DNA of 64,000 nt, from assembly GCA_043228905.1 (NCBI GenBank), contig JBHGNT010000001.1:1488001-1552000 (forward strand), in the 5' to 3' direction. Positions 48,101 to 60,777 of the stretch are shown here, piece by piece. The position numbers were made by a program, and so were the translations under genes. Every line of letters begins with the position of its first letter. Positions within the stretch are counted from its first letter, which is position 1. The notes beneath the pieces were generated by a model that was not told the origin of the DNA, did no database searches, and worked only from the letters and a program-made list of their open reading frames with translations. This DNA is from Azolla caroliniana (lineage: Eukaryota > Plantae > Polypodiophyta).

Positions 48101-51100
48101 TCTCATGTTAGGTAGCAGTATTCTCAGTTAACAATGTGGCATACTTCTATCTGATGTGTGGGTGCCAAACGAGTTTAGCTATATGAGGGACACTTCTCTC
48201 TGATGTGTGTAAGCCATTGTTATGGGCATAGCCTTATGAAGCAATTCTAAACATTACTTTTAATGGATTTAAGGGTCCAATTAGTGGGAAACCAGTTATA
48301 TTTGGACTTGGGACAAACCCATAAGGACATTGGACACGTGGGACCATGTGGTAGTCTGGGTGCCAATAGAGTTTAGCTATATGAGGGACACTTCTGAGTT
48401 ATAAAACATGGACATATTTGGTGGTATGGGACACTGATGGGGTTTTGTGTTTGTCTCTTATCCTTAGCTTGGTGGTGATTTGTTTCATGAAGCACCCTTC
48501 ACGTCCTTCCTTTAATTTGTTTATCTAATTGCTTATCATTTGTATATGCTCATAGTAGCTGGGAATTTGCACATGAAGTTTCCCTGCTTTTGACATCTCC
48601 ACATACTTTGCAAAGTTTGTTGTTCCTAGTATGTGAAGTGTACCATGCATCTCACTGTCTCACAAACGAGACAACATTTTAAGATGTAATCTCTTGTTTG
48701 TTCTTGTAGGCCATTTTGGCCTCTTAAAAGATGTTAATATGTATCTTTCTTTCTTTGATACTTCGTTTGGTCATAACATTCAGCCACAACATTAGAAAAA
48801 GGGGTATATGTGGCTGTTTCCCCCCTCGCTATATCAGGAATATCACAAAATTTCCGAATTTCATCAATTGTGAACTCTCTATTGTTTTTCATACACAGAT
48901 GTTTCAATTATCTGCTTGTCCAGGTAGCTACAAATGCCTGGAATTTCTGAAGTGCCACTTTTATTTTTTGATAAGTCAATTCAAATGTTTCTAGAGCAAT
49001 CATCAACAAAGAGAAAGTAAAAGATCGCCCTTTGCCCCATAGACTTGGTAGGCAAGTGTATATACATCAGAATGAACAAAGTCATGCAAATGTTTCTTGC
49101 GAGACATACCAAAGCAATAACAACTTGTTACGTGGCGTCCATAGTGGCAATCATTACAAAAAGTGTAGTTTTGTGCCTTGGCATCAAGGTGGTGCAAAGA
49201 AGATAAAAGTATTTATGCCTTTTTGCCTTTTGTGCTCAATTACAAACGAGAGTGTATCGTTGTATCACCTATAAATCTGCCAGACGAAGCTTTTCCATGT
49301 AAGCAATAGAGAGTGCCTCTCTGGCTCCTTTTATAACCAGCATAATACCCTTGGTGAATTCCCAAGAACCTCTGATGAACACTATAAATATATCCATGCA
49401 TATCTAGCTGTACATATTCGGTATCATGCCCATGCCATGAAAATCACCAAGGGTGTTATTATTAACATGTTGTTGACTATTCATGATGCTCTCATAGACT
49501 TCGATTGTGGATTGAGGTGCATGTTTTCATGTAATGTCTACTATTGAATGTTTCTCTACTTTTCATGTAGGCAATTATGACAGTTTTTCTTGACATAATG
49601 GCCAAGAGCGTAAGGCCAAATGCATATCATCGAATGAAATAGACCTGAATCTGCAATTAGGATGATGTACTTGTAAATACACGAAAGCATCTATCAACTC
49701 TTTGTTTCATCGAGTTGCAGTGACTAATTTGCTGATGAGATGCACATGGTTAACAGGTGTGGTAATCTCATAGGTACTCCTCAGCTTCTGCCAGTCAACA
49801 TGTGTAGTGTCAAATTTGTTGAGATCTTCGAAGATCTAATTTGACACAACCAACTCAATAATTGCTTTCTTGTTGAGGGTAACCCATGCATCATATGTTA
49901 TACTATCTAGTTAAATAGCTGCTAGTGCACCATCACAATCTTTCAAAAATAACATCCCTTGCATCTTGTCTTCCCGAATGTCAAAACCTTTGCTGTCAAA
50001 TCTCTTTATCTCAAAGGGACTGTATTTTTGACTCTTAATATCTGTAGAGCTAGAGGCCATTGACCATTGATCTGTACTGTGTTTAGACTTGCACAATTTG
50101 ATTTTTGGCACCAAAAATTTGATAAAAAACCTGCTTTCATAAACCTCAATGTACACGAGGAGAAGAGCTATTTGTTTGGAGGAAAGGTCAATGTGTACAT
50201 AAGGAGAATCCTTGGGGAGTTTACCCCTCAACCTACTTGGATAGGTTGATCTCTTCCAACTTGGGTTTTAGAGAAATGCCCAACGGTGCTTGTGAATGTG
50301 ACAGACAATGTTAAAGAAGAATGGGGCCAAAAACGTGGAAACTAGACTGGTTGCATGTGAGACCCAAAAAGTAATGCAATAATAACATTATGTGATATCT
50401 CATGCATAACAAAAGAAAAACTAATTGAGTTCATACCCACACACATATACTAACACACAAACATATACATATGTATATGTGTGTGTGATATATTAATAGA
50501 TAATACTTAGAAATTAGTGAACTCCTTTAAGCGAGCACATACTAGGGAGGCACGAAGCTGATGGCAGCGATGGCTATTGTTTACTGCACTGAAATGGCAA
50601 GAACGGAGAACATTTTCCCCTAAAGCTAATACTGAAACGCAGATGTTTATGGAGAACCACGTTGAAAGCTGGAAACTTGGTGTTCCAGGGCTGAAACTTT
50701 CATGGTGATTCTGAATTGGTCTCGTAGACCAGGTTGTGTGGTGTTAATGTTTGAATACATGTAATTCTTTGTTATCGCAAATCATGTTTATTATGAGTAT
50801 TATACAATCTCAAAAGTCTTATTTTTAGTTCCATATTAGTGTGTTTAATAGCGTCATGCTCTGCTGGAAACCATGAATTATAACAGTGATCAATATTTTG
50901 AAATTTATAATTGAGAGTTAGTTACAATGTAACCTATCTCTCTCGAAAGCCCTTGATTTTCTTCATCTAGTAGTATGCACAAAGTGAACCAGGCATGCCA
51001 ATGCTACATGGCTAATACGGTGAAAGTCTTTTGAAAGTGATCTAATATAAATATCCAATCTCTGCACGTTTGCCGCCCACAACTTGTACGCATTCTTTGT

Positions 51101-54100
51101 GCACCGGTTTTTAAGGAGACGTTTGTTGTTAGGCTAAAAATTACTATCCCTGCTCTCTGCATCAGTTGATTAATGCACTCACTAGTAAGAAATATCTAAG
51201 CAATTACAAGCTCACCTTCCTGAGAAACAAGGTGATGATGTCTATCAAACCACTGAAATCTTCCCGACCTTTGAGGGTTGTGATTAATTTGTTAAAAGGT
51301 TAATAGCTTTTAGTCCTACTCTTAATTGAATGAACATTGAAAAGAGAGGTTGAGAGTTTCAGTATAATTGCCATGGTAGTGCGACCCCAACCTAATGGTT
51401 TATTCATGGTTGAAAAGAGAGATGAATAGTTTCAGAATATTGATATAATACACTGTGTAGTGCCAACCCTAGCTGTACAGTCCCTATGCATGTTTTTATT
51501 TTAGTCTAGGTGAAACCGAAAACTCAAAGCAGTTAGAATCCCACCAGTTTCCTCTTCAAAATAATAATTACAATCCTGCTAGATCACTGAAAATCCCAAT
51601 ATTCCTAAAGCCATAGAGTGGATAACTACCACAAACCTATTGACCAAGGGAAAAGATAGAAGGTGTGAGAAATTTGTAGCTATGGATTTGTAGAGTTTGA
51701 TTACCCTCTTCTCGTGTATTGTTAGAACTCAAAAAGCAACAAAACATATAATAACTCTCAACAGCTGTTAGAAATCCAAAACAACAAAAATAAAAGAACG
51801 CTTAACCTATTTTGATGCACATGTGTTCAAATTTTCTACTTTTTTTTAATCCATCCACATTGTGACATGTCTCAGTATTCCTGACATTTTACGAGTAGGC
51901 ATGTAGTCTGACTTGATCCTGCTAAATATTGCACAGAAAATAGAGTGTAGACAGATGATCAACAACACAGAAGCAATAGGCAGAGCACTGAATCTCGAGT
52001 ACAATTGAAGGATGATGTAACTAGGTTATGTACTCATCATCCAATGTACTGGCTTGAAGTGCAGAACCAACTTCAGCTTTCTTATTAAAGTTGCATTAAT
52101 GCATTAGGTTGCTAATGTTAAGGCCTAACCCATCTATACATTAACTTCTTAAATAGTCTCTTCTCTTATGGGTCAAAGGATTAGATTAGTCACCGCTGAA
52201 ATCAACAGTCTCCCTCAGGTGCTCTATCTGCACCATCCATATCTCATGGTCTCTCGAATTCTCCCACTTCATTTTTGAACTGAAAACTCTGCATTATTCT
52301 TTTGCCTGAATTCCTGCATGATCTTCTTGCAAATTACAGCATCATTCTGTCACCAGAATTCCTACATATCAGTCTCTTCTTCCTCCTCTGGTATTCTCCT
52401 AGCTGGCTTCTCTCTAGTAGCTTCGAGTCCTGCATATTATGCCACCTTGTTCTGTGTCTGCCGAGGACAGCGTTCCGTGTCTGGGGAAATTGTTTTTTTC
52501 ATGGCTTTAATCCTGCCCAAAGTGTAGTCTTGGCTTAGAGGAGTGAAGACAGATAGAGATATTCCTCTTGTTGTGGATATTGCCAACAACCTTCTGGATC
52601 AAGGCCATATTAGATGGTGCATATCTAAGTTTTCATTAGATGGCATCATACTTGTCCATATTGGCTCATACCATCATTAAGTTTTGGCAACAATTTCAGT
52701 TCCAGTGATAAGATACCATACATCCAAACTTGTTTTATTTATATCAGCTACTCATGGTTACACATATTAGCATCACCTTGATCAAATACATACGTTTATG
52801 TTTTGTACTGTTTACAATTAGCCTTTAAAACATTCTGTTATATTTTCAGCCTAGCATGTTCCCCCCATCTCTGCGTGCATATGTGGAGAGAGCACTGTCC
52901 CGATGCAAAGATGAAGCACAAAAGAAGGCATGCCAAGAGATAATGAAGGAGGTAATATATGCATTCTTTATTCTTCAATGCTGTTCATGTTTCTATTTCT
53001 ATAAGATTTTAAAGGTTCTTTAGAAACGTTTGCTCTGTTGAATATGCATTTTTTTCTTATGATGATTCAACACTGCTGTGCTGTATGTAGATGATCACGA
53101 AGACTTCCACTGATGGGTCACTCTTCACGAAGGACTGGGATACTGAGCCTCTATTTCCTCTACCAACAAATATAGCTCTAGCCAATGGGAAAGAGTAAGA
53201 ATATTCAACTTGTTTAAAATCAACATTTTAATGTACAAGATGAAGTATATATTTCTAGTTGATGAAGTATATAGTTCTTGGGCAATTTAACAGCCTCATA
53301 ACCTCTTTTTTATATAGGACTCTCCAAACATCAAATGCAATGACTTTTCCAAAGCAAGATCAAAGTCCAATTAAACGATCAAAAAGCAGATGGGAGCCCA
53401 TTACAGAGGAAAAACTAGATGAGAAAGCAGATGTAAAAATGCCAGTTCTCAATAAGAATAATACATGGAACATCATCAGAGGGGGGGAGGCATCCGTAAG
53501 TCTCATAACCATTATTAATATATGCTTTATCTAAATGATTAGGTTTCACTGAACTCATCAGTATTATATATGTTTCTAACGTATGTGCTTAAGAACTCTG
53601 GGATTCCAAAATCATTTGCTTTAGAATTATGTGATTGAGGAGGTTTATTGGGTTCAGGTTTCTTCCCTAAAATGGGAGAGGCAAGATGGTGTGTGGAATA
53701 AGACAAAGGCATTATTGCACCAACAGTTCTCAGCTCTAAACAGTGTGCAAAGAGCTGCAAAAAAAGCACGGAAAGATGGTTTAAGCTACTTGCAGGAGGG
53801 AAATAATAGTTCTGAGGATAGTGAAAGTGAGCCTACAACTGGGGGAGGAGTTTGTTTAGGAACATTAACTACTGCAGAAACACCTGAGGAAAAAATGAGA
53901 AGACAAAGTCGAACCAAACGATTTGACAAGGGCAAAGATATAAAAACAGTAAATAAGGATATACGGCAGGGAAAAATGACTGTCGGGGCAAGTGCTAGGA
54001 GAGCAACAGCAATGTTATTAGCACGAAATGCTGGTGAAGGTAGTGGTGGTGCAGTAGAAGATATTAATTGGGATGCCTTGACTGTGAAAGGTACATGCCA

Positions 54101-57100
54101 AGAAGTTGAAAAAAGATATTTGAGATTGACTTCAGCACCAGATCCTAATACTGTAAGTGCTTTGTTTAACATGAGGGTAAGATCAATGATGATGGATTGA
54201 CTGAAATTTTATTTCTAGACTTTAACAATGAGATTATGTCACTTCTGTCCTGTTTCAAAAATCATTGCAGGCACATTGCACATTACCTGAGATAATTTTA
54301 ACTAGAGCTCTTGATATTGCATTATACCATTTGCACACTGCATTTTGAACGTTGCATGCACCGTTAAGTGTATTTTTAAGGCCTAGAAATGGTGCTTCTG
54401 GAATTTAGAGATCATTAAAATGTTACACACCTTAGACATCACATCATGTCCTTGTCATCTGGACAATTTATTTTGGAATGATACATTTGTTTCTATAAAT
54501 AATCATTCTGATTTTCTACAAATGGTTATATCTGTCTTTTTCTACAGTCTACATTTGTTGCTGAAACTTTTCATCAGAAAGTTGTTTATTTCTTTTTTCC
54601 AACCATGTTCACGATGAAAATGCACCATTTCTCAACTCAGATCATGTTTGTTGACAGGATTTCTAGTCTAGAAATGTGTAATATGGAAATTGACCAGATC
54701 TGTTTATGTTTTGTGGTTTTTGGTTCTCTCACATCTGTCAAACATGTATCAATAGATATGATATAGAAATGGACAGGATCTGTTTTGTAGTTTTTGGTTC
54801 TCCCATCTCTGTCAGACATCTACCAATAGACATGATGTAGTAATGGACAGGATCTCTTCTGGCTATCGGGTTATGTTTTCTGGTTTTGGGTTCTCTTATA
54901 TCCTCTGTCGAACATCTATGAATAGGCATCTGTTCTTAGTTCTGAAAACTACTAGCTATTCTATTTATTGCTCTTGGCATAAAAGAAATTGTAATGCCTA
55001 ATGATGATTGGAGTTGTTGATGTGATTTGTGGCTTTTTCATGACGTTAAAAAAATTGCATATGCTTGTCTGGGAAAGACTGTTGTGGCAGGTTTGTGCTT
55101 GCATGTGAGTATCTCTTTTGTGATCACTAAATTCTATACTATTGCTAGATGAAGTGTGTCAGGCCTACATGGTGTAATATTAATGTGGAAAGAGATTATG
55201 TCACCAAAGACTGGGAGTGCATATTTTGTGTTTATCAGCTTCTAATAGAAACATTTCATTGTTTAGAGCTATTATATTAGTTACATTTTTGTGTGGATAG
55301 TTGATGGTGAGAACTAATTAGTTACATTTTTATTTGTGGATACGTAGTGTTGAAAACTTTCTTATTTTCTACCAACATTTTTGAAATGATCAGGTAAGGC
55401 CGGAGGATATTTTAAGGAAAGCATTAGTTCTTGTACAAACTACACAAAAAAATTATTTATACAAATGTGAGCAGTTGAAGTCCATACGTCAAGATCTTAC
55501 TGTACAACGGATTCGAAATGAACTTACTGTGCAGGTTTTATCTGTTCACATGAGTTATTACTTGCAACTCTTGATATTTTAGACTTTGTTGGAATTTTCT
55601 AATTTACTGCATTGTGCAGGTGTATGAAACACATGCAAGAATGGCTTTAGAGGCAGGGGATTTACCGGAGTATAATCAGGTAATTCTTCCAATATAAAGG
55701 CTTGCTTTAGACTCTTAATGAATTGGTATCGTATATGGATAGCCATATTCTTATAATATACATCCTTTTCGCATCCATCCTTTACCTTAAAGCGTAAATA
55801 TATATGTTCTGATGCCAAGCCTGTACATCTACTACAGATAGTGAATTCTGTCATCTTGTGTACAAGTGATGGACAACCCCTCAAGTAATTGTGTTCATAC
55901 ACCCACTGCACGGTTCTGATATGTCAAATCATCTAAAATTGGCCATTTTGAGAAACCATTATATTTCGTGAAATCATTGAGTTGCACTAAAGGCAATCTT
56001 CTGTTCATAGCTTCCCTTGTACAAAATAATATTGTTTTTGAAATCCCTTGTTGTATGATATTTCCCATACTATTAGAGGTAATCTGTCTGCCTGCATTAT
56101 AAATACTGGTAGATGATTTATGTAGTTGCATTATAATGATGTTCAGAAAACCATTCTATTGAAAGCTCCTGTATGTAACACTGGAAGTATTATGCATGTT
56201 TCAGGATTCAATTAAACAGTTTGTCGATGTGAACAATTTTATGATATTATTTATGTCCAACAGGTCTGATACTGTTGTTATTGAGATTTGCAGTGTCAGT
56301 CTCAGCTGAAAGGCTTGTATGTAGAAGGCATTCAGGGATCCAACAAAGAGTTTACAGCCTACAATTTGTTGTATATCATTTTCAATCGTGGAAACAACAG
56401 GGACCTCCTTTCCTCAATGGCAAGGTATCTAATGTTTTTTCGACCTCAAGCTTGCTTTCTATTGCAAGTTCTGGTTATATATTTTCTATGGCGGTGTTGA
56501 CTGAAGGCTGTCTATGGAGGATAAAAAAGACACAGCCATCAAACATGCATTGACGGTTCGTGATGCTGTTTCTGCGGGGAACTACACATCTTTCTTTCGA
56601 CTATATAGGATGGCCCCAAACTTGGGAACTTGCTTAATGGGTAGGTGCCCCTTCCATTCATTCATGAGATTCTCTTGTCATATAAAAATCGTGCTCTTTT
56701 TGACAGTTAATGTGTTATGCAGATCTTCAGGTTGAAAAAATGCGTTTTGAGGCACTAAGATGTATGACACGTGCATATCGCCCTACTCTACAAGTATCCT
56801 ATATTGGACGTATATTAGGTTTTATAGGTTTTGGGTCGTCAGAAGCGAGCCCTGGAAAGGACCAAGAAGAATTAGATGAATGTGAAGAGTGGCTTAGGGC
56901 TCATGGTGCTGTTCTTGTGAATGATAGTGAAGCTGAGTTGTGTATAGATTGCAAGGTCAGTTATTAAGCATCTATGTGTTTCACCTTTCATCGCATCTTT
57001 CTGAGTATATAATCATATTGCTCATATTTATCCATAGGCTTCTTCTTCGAGTCTTTTCATGCCGGAACCTGAAGATGCAGTTGCACATGGAGATGCCAAT

Positions 57101-57133
57101 CTCGCATTGAATGATTTTTTTACGCAGGTGTAA
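45155..57133 (+). CDS. SAC3A: SAC3 family protein A (LENG8/THP3-like); exons 45155-45898, 46796-47227, 52850-52951, 53091-53194, 53318-53495, 53658-54152, 55394-55534, 55620-55679, 56294-56424, 56507-56640, 56723-56955, 57038-57133
   Basis: FPPSLRAYVERALSRC, DWDTEPLFPLP, VKGTCQEVEKRYLRLTSAPDP|VRPE, YKCEQLKSIRQDLTVQRI, VYETHARMALEAGDLPEYNQ|CQSQL, LFMPEPEDAVAHGDANLA; phase-compatible GT-AG junctions; start codon uncertain. Confidence 0.92.
48980..50070 (-). mobile_element. Old Ty1/copia remnant in SAC3A intron 2
   Basis: gag-like FEIKRFDSKGFDIREDKMQGMLFLKDCDGAL...AWVTLNKKA and post-protease-like LDMHGY...WEFTKGIMLV near 49300-49430; heavily decayed, boundaries approximate. Confidence 0.6.
54630..54930. 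repeat. Degenerate ~75-80 bp tandem repeat in a SAC3A intron
   Basis: GACAGGATC...TTTTGGTTCTC...CTGTCRRACAT recurs three to four times. Confidence 0.6.
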
Positions 57134-60100
57134 TAACTGTGCATAATTGCCGCTGGCTTCAACTATTGCACAGAAGGGGCTAAGTATTTTCAGGTTTACT
57201 GTTTTTTGGTTGCCACTGCTGTTTTCTCCATTGAGGACATTACACCTTCCAATGGTGCATGCAGTGATGCAAATGAAGGTAAGATGTACAAAGTAAATAT
57301 TCCCATACCCAAAGGAATGAATGACACAGCGCCCAAAAAACACATTTTTTCAATAAACTTGGTGATAAAGCCTCACACAGAATATAAGAGCACATATTAA
57401 GAAATTGAACACAAGGATAATCAGCTCTGCCATAACCATTTCAACTATCAACCCCTTGCTTGAAATTTCCAGTGTAAATTAGAGGCATGCAGCTGCTCAC
57501 TTTAAAGTTAAGGCCTTTTATCTGGTGATGGTTTGTTCAATTGTAAGGTGGATAATATGATCATGTCATTTGTAAACTGTACTATACAACTAAAGTATAT
57601 GCTCCTTTATTTGGAAACTAGTGCTTAATGCTCCTTTATCTGTTGTCCTTGTTTTAGTTCTAGTTCCATACTTATATGTAGTCTGTGTGTGAGATGGTGT
57701 GGGATGCATCTCTTTCTAGACTTATATTTGGGTATGACACATTAATTGTGGCCAGCACTGTAGATTCATCGTCTTATACATGGGTATGACACCTTAAAAC
57801 ATTAATTGCAGCCTATTCTCTGCTTTTGGCAGTAATTTTGAAATTTGAGTATTGATTCATGGGAATCTTTGACATTTTCACCAATTTTAATCTTTGTTTA
57901 TACATCTGAGTATCTCATTGCATATAAATGTTTTTGAAACCATTGATTTGAACCTTTAATGCAGATCAAATGTTGTTTATTTTTCAATAACCTTGTGCAA
58001 TGTGGTGAGGAAGCTATGCCGCACTGTCACCTATACATCATGAGAGTCATAATCTGACTCATAAATGAAGAGATCAGATGTGTTATGAGAACCATAAATC
58101 ATGTTACACAGGAATAAATGGAATAATGCATTATTTTTTGAAGTTGATCTTTATTTGAGTCATGTCTTCACATGCTCAATACTTTGTATTATAGAGCTTC
58201 GGGTGTGCATTATATCATGAATTGACAATGACTTGAAAACATAATGTTGCAATTTCTTGGTTTTTATGTTTTGCTTGAAGTTCTGATTTTTTCCATCTTA
58301 AATTATGTTAATTTTTTTTTCCAGCATGAATTCTTGTTAAAAAGGTATGAGTGACCATCACTTGTTGCATCTAAAGGTGTTCCTTTGTCACTGAGTACGC
58401 TTCCATCCTGACGTTGCTTGAGTGGAGAAAGCTTTCTTTATGCCATTCAAGTTGTCCTATCATCACTCCTTGGTTGAGTTTTTGTTGCTGTAGTTGGTGT
58501 TGGGTTTCCTCTTTGTGAATTGAGGATGTGTAGTCATGTTTTGTGACATCTTTAACTATGGAGCACAACTCCAAATTTGGTGAAGAGATACCTTGGAAGA
58601 AACCCAAAAATGTTTGTAGAGGCCTTCAATTGTTCTTGACATTTTTTAAGGTGCATGTGCAACTTGTTTGTACCAATCAATTGCTTGGGGTGATTGTGTA
58701 TTTGTTCCATGTTGTGTGCAACCACGGTATCTTAGATATGTGTGATGTCATGTCATGCAGACCATGGTGATCATATATGTAAGCGACCTTTATACTTCAA
58801 TTGGACCACCACATTGCAGACTTTAGGTGTTTTCACCTCTAGGTTATTGTGAAGCCAAACATTGTACACTTACGTCAGCCATGTTGACTAATAGTGATGA
58901 CATTTTTTGTTATTGTTATTGTTGGAGCACTCATGAGTTTGATTGGAAAGACAATTGTGAGGTTGAGTGACCACACAATTAGAGGTCAGAGTTATTAGCA
59001 CAATTTTGGGTTGGCGTTAGTTGAAAAGACATGATTGGAGCAATAATTTCAAAAAAACAGAATGAAGATTAGGAATGTGATTTATATGATAATGTAATGC
59101 TATGCTATGCTATGCTGTAAATGTTAATAAAAAGAAATAGAAGTAAAAATAAACTAATAAATGATGAAAAGAAATAATAATAATTAAAACCATAAAAAGG
59201 CAACATGAACTACCAAAACCAATAACAGAGTGAAGTAGGTAGAGGTAATAACAAAAGGAATGAGACATAGTATCTCTTATGTAGTGATAATTAGGTGGTG
59301 ACTTGATATTTTATATGTTATACTCATGACAATCAGGTGGGTATTTGACACTCCTTTATGGTTGGGTTTTTGTAGTCTAGACTTGCGCTATTTGAATGTC
59401 TTTCCAAGTTCCAACCCATAGAGCAAGAAACTTTTGATCTTTTTAAAGTTCCAATTAGCAAGATCTGCAAATGCTCAACATGTGCAATATTGATCCTCTC
59501 ATAGCTCACACACTTCTTGACATGTGCATTATCGATCTTCTCATTTAACAAGTATATGGTAGGAAAAAAATGTGTGTTAACAAAGTGAGGTAGAGAAATT
59601 GTCAATGTTTTCAAGGGAACCTTGGTTGCTCTTACCATTTAAGATATACTTTGCTTTGTTTTAGCTTTATTATTTTCTTTCTCTTTTTCCTGATAGCACT
59701 CACTTTGATTGGAATATGAAATCTTTCATATAACTTGCTTTGAGCTTGACAAATGACAACTTCTATCATGTGCCAGAGGATGACAAGGGCAATGCCGGAT
59801 CCTTAATTCCTTGTGACTTGCACTTGTCATCTTTGTCTGCACCAAGATCCTCTGTTTCTAGGATCTTATCGTGGCTCTACTGAAAGTATTCATTAGTTTC
59901 CCTCGCAACAAGGATCACTGATGTCGGTCTTGACGAGCTTAGGTAGGTGGTACGTAGCCATTCTCATTCACGTGAATCGTGACATAGTGGAGCGAATCAA
60001 CACTTTCTTTCTGGTGAACTTCCGCATTGCTGTGTGTGTGGCTCACCGAGACATACTTTGACATGGACCAAGGTTCAAAGCTCAAATACCCAAGCAAAAG

Positions 60101-60229
60101 CCAAAAGCATTCTCTCATTGGATGGAGGAGGTGGGTGCTCTATCTACACACTACAAACTCTCTTTCTTCTCTGTTCTTACTGTTGTTGTTGATCCTTATG
60201 CTGCTGGCTGCGTTAGTGGTAACGCAGGC

Positions 60230-60714
60230 ATGATCAACTCTGCCGCCCTCCTGCGGCTGCCCCAGCCGCCGCCCTCCTCTCTCCTCCTCCCCAGGCAATC
60301 AATCTCTCTTCTCTCTTCCCAATAGCCCCAGTGAGTGATGGTCACCCATCATTTCATTCCCTTCTCATGAGTCTCTGTTTACATGTATGTCTTCAGGAGG
60401 AGGGACACGTTCGGTGGCGCGGCTGCTCATCGCCCGCTCCTATTTCCTCTGTGTCCATGCCGTCATTTAGAGCAGCAGAGAGGTCCTGCATCTTCGATAA
60501 TATCTGCAACAGCATCTACCTCCAAGGCGCAATCACAATCGCAATCTAAATATGAGGCGGAGAACTCAGAGGATGAGGAAGAGAAGGAGAAGGATCTCGA
60601 TCTGAAGATGGTGATATTGCCTTCTAATGATTCCTCCGGATCCCTGCTTCAAATTCGCCACACGGTATGCCTACAGCACATAAACAATACTCTACAATAG
60701 CCATATCATTTTCT

Positions 60715-60777
<63 letters not shown>

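Noticed and set aside
47950-48400. Short local duplications in SAC3A intron 2
   Set aside because: Ordinary 35-55 bp repair or slippage duplications with no further structure.
58350-59640. Possible TE fragments between SAC3A and ThrRS
   Set aside because: Only weak resemblance to integrase or transposase peptides; too decayed to call.
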